Part shown: positions 10,109 through 22,638 of the stretch, in pieces
Position numbering within the stretch: the first letter of the stretch is position 1
How the letters are laid out: every line of letters begins with the position of its first letter
DNA from: Vitrella brassicaformis CCMP3155
Lineage: Eukaryota; Protista; Chromerida
DNA: 64,000 nt
Direction: 5' to 3'
NCBI GenBank assembly: GCA_001179505.1
Contig: CDMY01000220.1
Span: forward strand, 98,667 to 162,666
Program-made: the position numbers and the translations under genes
The notes under the pieces: model-generated
What the model was told of the DNA's origin: nothing
Seen by the model: only the letters and a program-made list of their open reading frames with translations
Databases searched by the model: none

Positions 10109-13100
10109 TCAGCGATTGTTGGTTGCGTCCCTTGCAGCCTCGATGGCTTCCCACAGCACCCCAACCATCCACCTCAGCCTGCCCTCCCGGGTCTGCCCCT
10201 CCTCCCTGTACACACGACCCTCCTCTATACACACCTCCTCACACACACCTTCTCCTGACGCACCAACACCAACGGCACACTCAACCGCATGCCGTCTCAC
10301 TCGCCGCTTGCTGCCCTTCCGTCTTCCGATTGTGCACATTGACCCATAGCCGTCATGCAGGCGACTCGGCGACCGGCCCTCCAGCGATGCCGACCGGCCC
10401 TCGCGCCGGGCGCCTGTGGATGTGTGTTGTGAGAGGGGGGAGGGGGGTGGTGGGGGGTGGGGCAGGCTGCTGACCTTGCCGAGGCTGGGGGACCGCACGG
10501 GCGACGTGCGGGACGGCGAACGGGTGTAGGGGAAGAAATCTGGTGGGCTGCGAGACCCCGGCTGGACCGGCGGAGACGGGCAGCGCACGCACCGGTCGGC
10601 CAGGTCATCCTGCATTGGATCGACGAATCCACACACAAGGAACACACTGGTCAGTCAAGGACACTGGTCGGCTGTGTTCCCAGACTGACTGACCAGTAGG
10701 TCCCAGAATCGCCATAGCGGGACTCCCCTGCCCTTGATGGGCATGGTGACCTCCGGCTGCGGGTGCGTTGCCGCCTCGTCCGTGTGGCGGTACCACAGCC
10801 CCTCCAGCTCATACCCCAGCCAACCTCTCTCCTCTAATCGACCCACGCGACACAGCCGGCGCCAGGCAGACCACGACAGCACGTCGGCGGGGGGCGGGGC
10901 CGCCCACATGAACAGCTGGCGGGCCTTGTCCAGCAGCAAGAGGGAGTCGAACATGGGGTCCGGCAGCAGCTGCTGCCACACGCCGTCGCTCATGTCCCGC
11001 TGAAGGGGGTCGAGTGCGGCCTGCGATGACGCGCCGCTGCTGCACGATGCTGCTGCTGCTGCTGCCGCTGTGTCCTTGCGCTTCTTCCGCTTGGCCCCTG
11101 TGGTGGGCGGCATGCTCTTGCCCCTGCTGACATCAATGACGGGCAGCGGCACCGTGGGCAGGTCACCGAAGGCACCCGATCCCGCTCGCCCGGCTGGTGG
11201 CTGTGGCTGAGAGTCCCGTCTGATTGCTGTAGGGTCGGGGTCGGCCCGCAGCCGCAGCACCGCATGTGGGGGGTTGCGCCGTCGCCTTGGTGGTTGCGTG
11301 GTGTGAGCGATGGACCTGGGCGAGACTGAGGAAGTGCCGCCCCCGAGGTGCGTGCTGGCGGTGGGTGAGGCCGAGGGGTCGCGGGAGAGGGGCGCAGCGA
11401 AGGTGGAAGTGGGCGAGGACTCTCCGTCTGTCTGGTCGGTGGTGCTGAGAGTGTCGCCGCGGGGGAGGGGGAGGGCGAGAGGGGGGGCGGGGGGCGTGGC
11501 AGCTGGGTCGCTGTCGTCATCCTGACGATCACGTTTGCCTGGGCTGTTTGGCAAGTCCATCAGGTCGGTGCAGGACCGCCGCCTGCGTGGGATTCATGCG
11601 GATGGACAGAAGCATGGGGGTGGGGGGGTTGCGGGGTGAATGTGGGGGGGTAAGTGGGTCGGTGGCTCACTTGACGGTCCGTTTGCCGCCCAAAAGCTGG
11701 TAGGAGAGCCTCAGTGCCTCGGTGACGAGGGGCTCCTTCACATAACGATCCAGCGCACTGCACGGACAGAGTGGAGGGGCATAGAAACAAACACGTGGTC
11801 TGTGTGTGTGTATGCGCCCACAGCCACCCCACCTGTCGACAGCCATGGTGTTGCCGTCTCCATCTCGCTTCTGGAAGTCGATGCGCAGCGATGGGTTCGA
11901 GTTGACCTCCAGCAGCCACGGCCGGCCGCCCTCGTCCATCAAGATGTCAATACCCAACACCTACGCCCACACACACACACACAGAACACACACAGCCCTG
12001 TAGACGTTCCATCGGCCTATATAGTGCATATACGCACCTGGAAGCACCTCCACGGCACATTGGCGTGTGACGAGCAGCCCCTTGTGTCGGTGCGGTGTGG
12101 CTCTATCAGCCTGGCGAATGTGGCGCCCGATGAGTGGGCGGCCAGCTGGGTGCTGGACTGCACACACGCCAGCTTGTGCGCTAGCAGCGGCTGCAGGCAT
12201 ATCAGCGTCTGTGCGTGGGGGTGGGGCGAAGGCACAAACAACAGGCGTCATCGGGAGGTGTTTCGCTTGGGTGCGCCCGTGTGTGTGTGTGGTGTGTGTG
12301 ACCTTTGCGGCGATGAGTTTGATCTCATGCCATAGGCGACGGACGTCCACACCCACTCCTGCACACCAGCGCGCACGAACATGGAGATGGCAGACGAGTT
12401 GACACACCGTATGGCGACGCCGCTCACCGTGTAGCTGTTTGAGCACGTCCTCGAGGAGCCGCTTGCTGCTGCTCGAATCGTGCAGGTCTGACACATTCAT
12501 GGTGGACAGGACAGGTGTGTGCATTTGTGTTGTGTATATGTCTATAGACCCACCAACACACTCACCACCCACCTGATGCATCTGGAAGGACGAAGGCGGC
12601 GTCATTGTCCTTGTTCAGGTTGAAGTTGGCTGCATCAACAACAAACAGCACGGTGCGGTGAGCTGCGCAATGCGGTGGGTGTGGTGTACATGTGTGTGTG
12701 TGTGTGTGAGTGTGGCTGACTGACTGAAGTGCATGTAGACAGAGCTGAAGTTCTTGCGCGTCGGCCGCTGGTAATCCTCCGTGCAAAACCTGCATATACG
12801 GCACACACCATTGCACACACCATGGACACACGAGTGCACTGCACCTGTCCGTGTGTCGTGTGTGTACCTTACCTTGCCAGGCCGTGTCTGGCGATGTACG
12901 CCCTGGGTGTGGGCAGCAGGCCGGTCACCAACACGAAGATGCGGAAGTCAAACTTGCGACTGAACAGCAACACAAGAGAGGGAGGGAGGGAAGGGCAATA
13001 AGCTACTAGTATATGTGTGTGTGTTTGTGTGCATGTACGCCACGGCTATCTGTCCCGCCCACTGACTGACTGACTTGTTGAGCAGGTAAGGGTCCTCCAG

Positions 13101-14657
13101 GTACCGCTGCACGATGTAGTGACCTGCACACACACAGCCGACCGCCCAGCGATGGATGGATGCAGTGATGACATGACATGCAACCCACACGAGCCGAGCC
13201 ACGGTGCTGGCAGTGTGCCTTCCTTCTGCCTACCTGATCCCGAGAGTATCGACGTGCCCAGGTCACTCGGCCTTTGATTTGATGCCATGGATGGATGGAC
13301 CACACACTTCAGTGCATGCAGCAAGACGTGTCCAGGTTGGGTTGTTCACCTGTTGATGAGTTTGAGTCCCTGCCCCTGGAAGCCCCCGTCAGGCTTGATG
13401 ATGAACGTCTGACGCCGCTCCGACGAACGCAGGCCGTCCAACACATCCTCTGCATGATGCATGTCCAAAACACACACATACATAGCGAGATCCCCGTCCT
13501 TGTGTGTGCGATGGACGCAAGGGACCTTTTTCCTCCGGCAGTATCCACGTCTGTGGGAGGAAGTCAAAGGCATCGGGGAAGTACTGAGCCTGCAGACGCA
13601 TCATCGCCGCCAAACACCTACCATCCATCCATCAACGAGGCACACGCATTCCAACACACTCACTCACGCACAAGTTGGCACGTGCGTGTGTGGTGTGTGT
13701 GCGTGTGTGGTGTATGCGCACCGTTTGCGTACGATCTCCTGCAGCCCTGGGAAGCGGTTGACGAGCACGGGCGGCTTGGTGGAGCTGCTGGCCAGGCTGC
13801 TGCTCCAATAGGGACTAAACATCGACGACGCGTCACGACCGAAGCGACGATATTCTACACCACATGCAGAGACCAGCATTAATGCATCCGATGGTGAGTG
13901 GGTGGCATATATATATATATATATATGTTGATGGCTCACTCACTGACTCACTCACCCTGGTCTCCCACAGCGAGGCCTAGCCAGAAGACGTCCCCCACGT
14001 TGTGCTGCAGAGTCTCCAGACCCCAACCCAACGTTGACGTGCACAACGACAGCAACTCATACTGAGGACAAACAGACACAAGAAAGAACACACAGCCGAG
14101 TTCTGCTCATCATCAATCATTGCTCTTCGTCCCTGTCTTGCCAGGCTTGTCTTGCCCACCTCAGTCCGGGCATGCCTCGTATTCAACGTGACGCTCACTC
14201 GACGCCTCCCACCCCTTCCCCTCCCTCCCCCTCTGCCGCCCGCATTCGTCGACCTCCCTGCCGCATTGCGATTGCCGCCCTCCTGCTCATCATATCGACC
14301 AGCATGGCGAGTCCTCCCAGGCCGTCCGCCCCCGTTGTCTGCCGGCAGTGCAGGTGCGGCGAGGCCAAGGGTGCTCTGCAGGCCCTGCCAGAGCTGCAGC
14401 GGGTCCGGGCTGCACACCCGATGAATGTCCTGGGAAGGCGGCCCCAGGGGCGGCAACACCAGGCCGCTTGGCTGCGATGCTGGAGGGCCTCCTGGCCGCC
14501 GGGGAGCCTGAACGGCCAAACGGGAAGACACAGAAGCACTCACTCACTGCAAATACATACGTGTTTGGTGTTTGTGCTGGTGTTTGCTTCTCTTTGTAGG
14601 CACCTTTTTGACAACTGGTCTTCGTAGTTGAGTCGTCCCGTCCCTGGGCTCCTGCAT
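10109..14657 (-). CDS. Tubulin-tyrosine-ligase-like polyglutamylase, TTLL11-like (multi-exon; 3' end uncertain)
   Basis: VNRFPGL, FDFLPQTWILP, FIIKPDGGFQGQG, YIVQRYLEDPYLL, KFDFRIFVLV, ARFCTEDY, YMHLTNFNLNK, CFQVLGIDILMD...PWLLEVNSNPSL. The exon ending TVK splices (gtgag...cacgcag) into ORF 10655-11560, whose helical region resembles the TTLL11 C-terminus. Start MQEPRDG at 14657. Confidence 0.85.
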
Positions 14658-14678
14658 TCCCTCTTTCCTCTCTTCGTC

Positions 14679-14694
14679 GCGAGCTTAAGCTCGC
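14679..14694. promoter_or_regulatory. Perfect 16-bp palindrome GCGAGCTTAAGCTCGC in the TTLL/EamA divergent intergenic region
   Basis: The palindrome is seen directly and a near-identical one recurs at 37317. Regulatory role is inferred. Confidence 0.5.
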
Positions 14695-14834
14695 AGGGCA
14701 GACCAGCTCGCAAGTGAACGATTTCGAAAACGCGGAGCTCTGACCTGCGCGTGCCTCACAAGGACAAGGACAGCGCTGATAGTGGTGGATCCATCCATTG
14801 AGTCATTGAGTGATCGATTCCAGCTAGCGTCGTC

Positions 14835-15682
14835 ATGTGGCGGCACGTCGACCCCAGATCCCTGGCATGGAGTTTCTTCGCCATGCTGTTCCTGGGCTTC
14901 TCGTACTTCATGCTCGGACTCACCAACGTGGCCGACGAGCTGGACATTGAGCACCTATTCACCATATCGCTCGTGTGGATGTGGACAGGTGAGGCAGAGG
15001 GGAGGGGAGGGGAGGGGAGAGCAGCCAATACTGCCACACCACACCGGGGTGACACAGCAAGTCAAAGCATTAATCCATCCATCTCTTCTGTGTGTCTGGT
15101 GTCTGGGTTGACCGCAGGCATCGTCGGCCTGCTGGCGGCCTTGTACTTCTGGATGACAGTGGGCACCATGTGGATAGCCAGCAGAGGTCTGGAGATCAAG
15201 TTCCCGCCCTCGGACGGGTCCCCCCAGCACGCACCCACAGACATCATCGTCGCCCCTCCCCCCTTCCAGCAACACGCATCCGTCAGCGCCTCTCCCGTCC
15301 CCCCCATCCACCACGCAGACACCATCGGCGGCACCATCGACGAAGAGAACGACCGCTACCTGCCCCAGCCGCCAGGCAACGGCTACGTCCCCTTATCAGG
15401 GGAGCCTCCCCCGTCACCGCCTCCCTCCATCGCGAGTGTGAGTGCATCTGTGAGCGGCTCCCGTGCAGGCGCTGACGAGAGGGAGGGGATGTCGGGCGGT
15501 GCCGGGTCGTCGACGCGTCCGCTGGCGCCGCCGCCTGACCTGAGCATGACTGGTGCGACGCCGACGCTGCAGGTGGCCTATCGGAGGAGAGGGCGGCTCA
15601 GACGGACATGCCGCAAGATCATGATCATTATCATGACGGGATTGGGAGGTGAGGGAGGGAGGGAGACGCAGACCAAGAGCTG

Positions 15683-15717
<35 letters not shown>

Positions 15718-17810
15718 GAGGAGCATTCGTCTGCTGTGCTGTGCTGTGCTGCGTGCAGGTGTGTTTTTGGGTTTTGCCCAGCTGTCGCTCAAGCTGGGGT
15801 TCGAGAAAGACCCGCCAGCCATGGGGCCGTTCAGCGCCGTAAGCAAAGCACCGAGCAACACGCGCCCCGTCCATCCATCCATCCATCCATCCATGTGTGT
15901 GTGTGTTCCATTCCTTCCTCACTCAGATAACGTCAGCGGATGTGGTGTTCGTGACGTGTTTCTTCCACTGCACGATTGGCGACCGGCTGACCAGGATAGA
16001 CCTGCCCGCCTTTGTGGCCGTCCTGGCGGGGCTCTGCACCATGGCCTTGGCTGACCCGAGACCCGAGCACCTGTATGGGCTGGCGTGGAGCTCCCTGGCG
16101 GCCCTGGGCATGGCCGTCAGCGTCATACTCATCCGATGGGGGGCCATGAACGGGGTATCGGCTTACTCGGGTGAGTCAGTCAATGGATGGGGCCTGGCCA
16201 GATTCAGATTCATTCATTGTCTGCGTGCGTGTGCACAGGGTTTGTGATCCGCATGTTGTCTGAGGGCATTATGGGCATCTTGACACTCATCGCCGTGGTG
16301 AGCGAGTCAACAAGAGAGAGAATGGACGACGCCACCACCACGCGGACAGTTTTGGTGTGTGTGCATATGCGTTGCTGCAGCTGTCGACAGGTTTCTCGGT
16401 GCCTGGTCATGGGTTTTTCGTGTGGACCCGGCTGGTCATATTTCCCAGCGCATGCGGCATCTTCCAGGCCATCGCCGTCTTCTGCGTCAACAAGGTCACA
16501 CACAAGACAACACACACACACACATATGTATGCATTCGGGCCAATCGCTGTCTGTCTGTCTGTCCAACAGGCCCTGATGTACCCCAAGCCCGGCATATCG
16601 ACAGCACTTGTGGGCGCCAATCCCCTGGTGGTATTCTTCTGCCAGCTGGGAGTGGGGCGTGAGTACCCCCGCACTGTCAACCTGGTCGGCATGCTCCTCG
16701 TGGTCGCGGGGTGCCTCGCACTCACACTATCTAGGTACATCTCTCTCACACACACCGAACAGTCACAATAGACACGACACCATGTTCGTTCTGCCTGTCT
16801 GTCTGTCTGTCTGTCGTCATGGCCCCAGGGCGTTTTCTGCGTCAGCTCGAGCGAGTGCGGGCAGCCCTGAGGGCCCTCACGGAGCCCGGCGGTCATCCAA
16901 TGACGAGAATAACAGTGCCATGCCATCGCTGCACCCCCACCCAGAGTCTGAGAGTGCGCGCGCCCCCCTCTTCCCCTTCAACAAGGCCAACGCGATGCGC
17001 AACCAAGTGGCGCTCGGCTTCGACAGCACTGGGCCGCATATGGACGACAGCCAGCGTGTGATTGCGGTGGGTCACGCGCAGAGCATTGCGTGGAGCAGCC
17101 GGGCGGGAAGTATCGACACGGTCACCACGATTGGGTATGGAAATCCTGCGGTGATGAATCCTCCTTCACATAGGTTGGTTAATGAGCAGCCAGGCAGACA
17201 GACGGGGGGCGGGTGGTGGCACCATGCATGGGGGAGGGACAAGGCAAGGCGACTGGCGTTTCGGCCCGACACGCTGCCCAGCATCATCAGCACGTCAGAG
17301 AGGCCCACTGCCAGCCAGGCCAGCGAGTCAGTGCGTGGCGACGGGGGGGACGACTCGACGACCCGACCTTTTGGCTCGCCTTGTCCGTGCCCCTTCCCCC
17401 CGTCTGCTGCCCTCGCCCCCCCTCCAAATTCCGATGATCACTCTTACATGTACTGGCATTTGTCGCCCTACCCCAGGCAGGCAGCGCAGATCAGAGAGGG
17501 GAGGAGCAGCAGCAAGGGGTGGCGGAGGTGGATAGGCAGGATGTTCAGCTGGCCGCCGTCGCACGAGGGAGAGGGGGAGGGGGAGGGCGAAAGCGGCACT
17601 GACGATGACGGGAGCTCGCTTGTGTACGGTGTGGTGTACTCGCTGAGGAGGAGAGGCCAGACAGACGCACTCCCCAGCATGCATGTGCAGACAGACAGGC
17701 AGAGGCAGAGAGGAGTGAGCCTCACGCCCATGTCGACTCAGCAGCTGGGGGGCCGGCTGCCTCTCCTGCACGGCACCATGGCTGAGTCGATCCTACTACC
17801 CTGGCAATGA
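14835..17810 (+). CDS. EamA/DMT-superfamily membrane transporter with a long Pro/Ser-rich insertion and long C-terminal tail
   Basis: About 10 hydrophobic segments over spliced exons, with ITSADVVFVTCFFHCTIGDRL and ISTALVGANPLVVFFCQLGVGREYP...VGMLLVVAG matching paired EamA repeats. Confidence 0.8.
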
Positions 17811-18899
17811 ATTGAATGAATGCACCACCCACCGATACATGTATCGACCTGCGCTCATATATACCTAAGCTGGCCGATTTTTATGGCAGTCTTTTCCTGG
17901 CTGGCCGGCCGGCTGACACAGAAGAGTATTTGTCTGTCGGGTGTATGATTTTGGTCAGTCAGCTGTGTGCCATCCATCCATCCATCCATCATGTGACATG
18001 TATGTGTGGGGGCATGTATGAGTGGGGCGGGCAGGGTGTGGTGTGCATCAGGGAGAAAGCTAGGAAGCCAGTGTGTATGTTCTCAGCCCAGCATACCCTC
18101 CCGTACGTCTGTCTGTCTGTTTTGCTGCTGTGTGTGTGGTTCGTGCAGACACAAGTGGACAGTGAGTGAGGTAGCACCAGCACAAGTGCCGTCAGCAGCA
18201 GCAGCGGCAGCAGCAGGAGGGAGCTTGGCAGCAGCACCCCCCATAGCCGTCCCCCAGAAGCAGAGCGAGCTGCCCGAAGACGTGCTACTCAACTGGCAGC
18301 TGCAGAGAGGCGTGTCGGCCGTGAGACGGTTGCCGTCCGTCGATGTGTGGGCATTCCAATAGCCAGTCAGTCAGGCCAGGCAGCTTTTTCCTCCCTCCCT
18401 CCCTGTATGCTTACTTGCTGACAAGGTAGGGCTATGCGTGTACAGATGGCCACCATCGATCGTGTGACTAGCTAGCTCAGCTGACTGAGTGGTGCGTGCG
18501 TGACTAAGTAAGCGCTGTCCCTTTTTCGACAGGGCTGCGTTGGTGGCTCAGATCGACTTACTTGCTTCGTTCCTTCATACCCAAATGGACATACATACCC
18601 CCGCAGACGGAGAGACCTACCTTTGTGTGTTGTGTATGCAGGAAGCAACCAACCAGTCAATCATCCGTCAATCCACCCATCCACTCATCCAGAGCGTCAC
18701 TGAATCATTCCGAACCCCAAGCAAGCAAACACCCTGGCATCAGTGATGAAGGACACGCTGTGACTTCATTGTCAGACCAGACAACAGGGTTAGTCTCTCT
18801 CTCAGGGTGTGGTGACAGCCCTCGTGTTGCCCCGCCTGACCCTCCTGCCCCCGCCCCCCCTTACTTACCCCTCACCCCTCACACCTCCACCCCCATCTC

Positions 18900-21800
18900 C
18901 CTCTGACGATACTCACAGGCAGCCCACACAGTCACAGCTGCACGGCACCTTAAGGGCCTTGTCTGTGGCTGTGGCTCCGAACTGGGGTGGGTCGGTCTTC
19001 AATTGTCTGTCTTTTGCGACGGTCGGCCTCTGCTGCGGCGGCTTGACGACGGTCGTGGTAGGCATGGCTGACGACACACGATAGTAGTATCTCGTTGGCG
19101 GCGCCACATAGGGCGTTGGATGGAACAAGGGCACAGGTGAGACATAGGCCGTTGGCTGCGGGGCGGGGAAGGGACGGGACAGCACCTGCACCGGCCGCAC
19201 GACTGAGGGCACGGCCGCAAGAGCCGGTAACGTAGGTGTGGTGGGTGTAGGTGTGGGTAGGTGCTGTCTTGTGTCTCCTGTCGTCTCTTTCTCTTGCTGC
19301 CCCACGGCAGGATGAGTCTCCAGGTCGACTTGGATCAAGGGATTTGCCTCAAGAACGACGCGGCCGACGGCCGGCCCCCTGTAGTCACCTCGCCGCAGCG
19401 GCCATGACGACACACGACGCAGACGGACATCGCTGCACAAGACACACCACACACCACACGCCACAACATTTGCCCCTGTGTGTGTGTGTGTGTGTGTGAG
19501 TGCAGGTGGATCACCTGATGTCGATTGTGACACATCCGATGCACTGCTCTCCCTCATGAAGAGCGTCCGACACGGCCCACAGGCAGCACACGAGCTGTGA
19601 GGGCACACCAGGCAGCGGCGCCCGCACGTTTGCCCGGAAAAAGGCCTCGTGCACCATCCCCAAACCCTGATACCCGCCGGGCTGCGCCACCTCCCGGCTG
19701 CTCGACCACCGGAACACCGCATTGGTGTCACCACACCCCTTGGCCTTGGCGAGGGCGCAGAGCAGCTCAAGAGTCACTTGGTAGACCGCCGACCGACCCA
19801 GGGGCGACATGACGTCTCGCACACTCTCCACATAGACATCCACGAAACGATCAGCCGTGGGGCCTGCTGCCGTGGCCGGCAGAGGTGAGAATGATGAAAG
19901 GGCATCCGGCAAGAGTGCCCCAGGCCAGTGGTGGGGCTGTGGTGTGAATGGGGAGCCGCCGTTGTGTGGGTCCGGAAAGATGAAGCACTGCGGTGGGCTG
20001 GCGTCGTCGAAGGAGAGGGCGAAGTGCTGGTCGACCAGCGACTTCACTGAGGGAGAGGCATCTCGCCTGCAAGGAAGCAGGGAAATGAGTGGTCACGGAA
20101 CAAGCTGGTCACCTCACCTACCTCAGTATTTGTGATATCTGGCCGGCTTTTGCAAAGACCTCCCACAGAGACGGCAGAGGCTGGGTCGTATGCGCAAGGG
20201 CCGCCATCAGACAGCACGTCAAAAAGCCTGTAAGACACACAACACACGACACATCCGACGCCTCAACTACACATGCGGGACTAGTGACGTGTACCAGTTT
20301 GTCTGTCGTCCATCTGCGCCTCGACGGGAGTCTCCCTCCCGGACGAGACGGCACTCACGCAGAAGATGGCGCCCCCGGCAGCTCTGTCCCGGGCCTCCTC
20401 ACGCTGCTCTGCGGCACCCCCGCAGCCCCACCCACCCCAGCTGTTGTATGGTGTCTTCGTGCGGCCGAATACCGACTGGAAGGCCACTTGACGGGGCCGC
20501 AGGCTGGTCGACACTGCAGGAGGGGGAGAGCCGTTGAGCGAACAATGTATTGCTGGTGGCGGTGGTGCCATGTGTGCGTACCGATGAGCTTGGTCGCTCT
20601 ATTACTGCCCTTTCGCATGCGGAAATCCCATGACAAGGGAACGCACGGGGCTGAATGGCATACAAGGGATAAAATGGAGGTTGACCTACTGATTTGATGT
20701 GCTGCTTACGCTTGCCGAATCTTCTCTGCATCTTGGCGTGTCTCTCGTCGCTGCCCTGTGTGCTGATGGTCACCTCAGCAGAAGAGAACGTGGCGGTGCA
20801 GCCACAGTCCAACACCGCCAACAGCTGGGCACCTGAGACATACATGCACCGAAACTGCGTGCGTCATGTTGTATGTATGTGTGGATGAGAGATGCCGCCT
20901 CACTCACTCATCGATGTGCTTAGGTACCTGGTGGTATGGATTTGTACGAGATGAGTTTGCGGATCTCGTGTGTGTAGATCAGCTGGGGGTAGCCGTGGAT
21001 GTCGCGCTCACAATAGTCACACGGCAGCAACGCAGACTCCTGCACACAAGACCCGAGCCCAGCATAACAGCAAAGCTTCACACACGCACTTCTGGTTTCT
21101 TGCAGACTTACCCCTTGCTCTGGTCGTTTTGCGTCAGGCACTTGGGTCGAGCAGCCTGAAAGAACAAACAACGGGCGACGTGATGCGGACCAACAGATGG
21201 AACACTTTGTTGCCTGCCAATCGACCAACCCGCGAAAAACAAGACGAGAAGCTGCATTAAAGCGTTGACAGGCACACCATAGATGATGATTAAGACCTGC
21301 ACAGGTCGTGTCTCCTGCTCTTGTGCTCACATCTCCGTGCAGACAGCCGTGCAGCAGCCACCGGATGCCCTCCTGCACCCATGTGTCATATCGCCCATCC
21401 ATCGGACACATGTGGGTGTGTCTCTTTGCTTGTTGCACCCGGTCACGCGCACCAGAATGTTAGCCTTTGTGGGCCGCCTGCCGGCTCTGACAACGAATCC
21501 ATCGTCGCTCTCGTCAGCCAGCACCCTGTGTACACACATGACGTAGGTGTGTGCAGGGAGGAATGGATGGGTGGATGGATGGATGGGTCGTGCCGTGCCA
21601 TGCCCACCGCACGTCAAAGTCGTATGTGATGCGCAGCACACGACTCCATCGCATGCAGTCGCTCACTGCACCCCCTGCAGCCATACACGTGCAACACACG
21701 ACACAGACGTCAATTTCCCTCTCCCTCCCTCCATCCCTCGCTTCCCATCTGCTTACCGAGCTGGAATGTGCTGCCGGCATAGTTGACGCCCACACACAGG

Positions 21801-22404
21801 GCCCTCCTTCTGTGCCACATCGGCTCCATCCACGGCCCCGGCACCCCACCCAAATCGCACCTCTCGCCGTATGGTGAGAAATTTCCACTCACGGCCGGCT
21901 GTGGGTATGCCCTGCCCCGATAAGACATCCCCTGTGCGTCATTACCAGGTGTGGTGTCCCGGAAGAGAGACTCCCACAAGCTGGTCAGCCAGCTCCCTTG
22001 CTGGGGCCCGCCGCGTTGGCGGGGCTGCTGCTGCTGTAAGGCTTGGGCTGGGGCAAAGGGGCTGTGCTTGCCAGTGAACATGTTGGTGAGAAGAGTGTCA
22101 AGGCGCCATGTGTCATCCTTTGACTGCAGACACAGCAAACACACCGACGGCTGACCCCAACTCGTGGGGAGGGGGGTGTCATACCTGTCCTGCAGCCTCC
22201 TCCAGGTGCTGTATCTCCACCTGCAAGCCGTCCACAACCCTCTCTTTATCCCGAATCATGCCCTGCAAACACAGGGGCCCCATATCACTCTCTGGCTCTC
22301 GAAATCTCAAACTCTCTGGTTGTCATTGAGTGATCACGACTCACCTGCAAGTTCCTGATGTGCTGCAGGTCGCCACGGTGGCCTTCCTGACGCGAAAAAT
22401 CCAT
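18900..22404 (-). CDS. Metacaspase-like protein, apparently catalytically inactive, followed by a C2-like domain and Pro-rich tail (3' end uncertain)
   Basis: RRALCVGVNY, PTKANIL, GIRWLLHGCLHGD|LLVLFFAG|CSTQVPD, ESALLPCDY, GAQLLAVLDCGCTAT align with the caspase-haemoglobinase fold of metacaspases. Start MDFSRQE at 22404. Confidence 0.75.
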
Positions 22405-22638
22405 CGCTTGGAAACCAAAGCTTAGCTCGCACAAAAAAACGGCCGATCGTCTTCGAGCTCGCGCGGATCCGGGACGGCTCTTTTCGGGTGCGAGGCCCTC
22501 GGGGTGTTCCGGGTGGACGGCTGTGGAGATGGGAAAATGATCAAGGAACGAAAGGGATACACCAACGCTCGTTTTGCCTGAGCTGACCCGGCAGCTTTCG
22601 TGTTTGCTTGATCCAGGGGCAGGGGGGAGGAGATCATC

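Noticed and set aside
10655-11560. 301-aa ORF as an independent gene
   Set aside because: It is joined in frame to the TTLL exon through gtgag...cacgcag (KRRSCTDL-MDLPN) and resembles the TTLL11 C-terminal region.
18160-18420. Exon-like plus-strand stretch (SEVAPAQVPSAAAAAAAGG...LLNWQLQRG)
   Set aside because: I could not link it to a start codon or neighbouring exons. It may be UTR, a gene fragment or part of an alternative 3' end.
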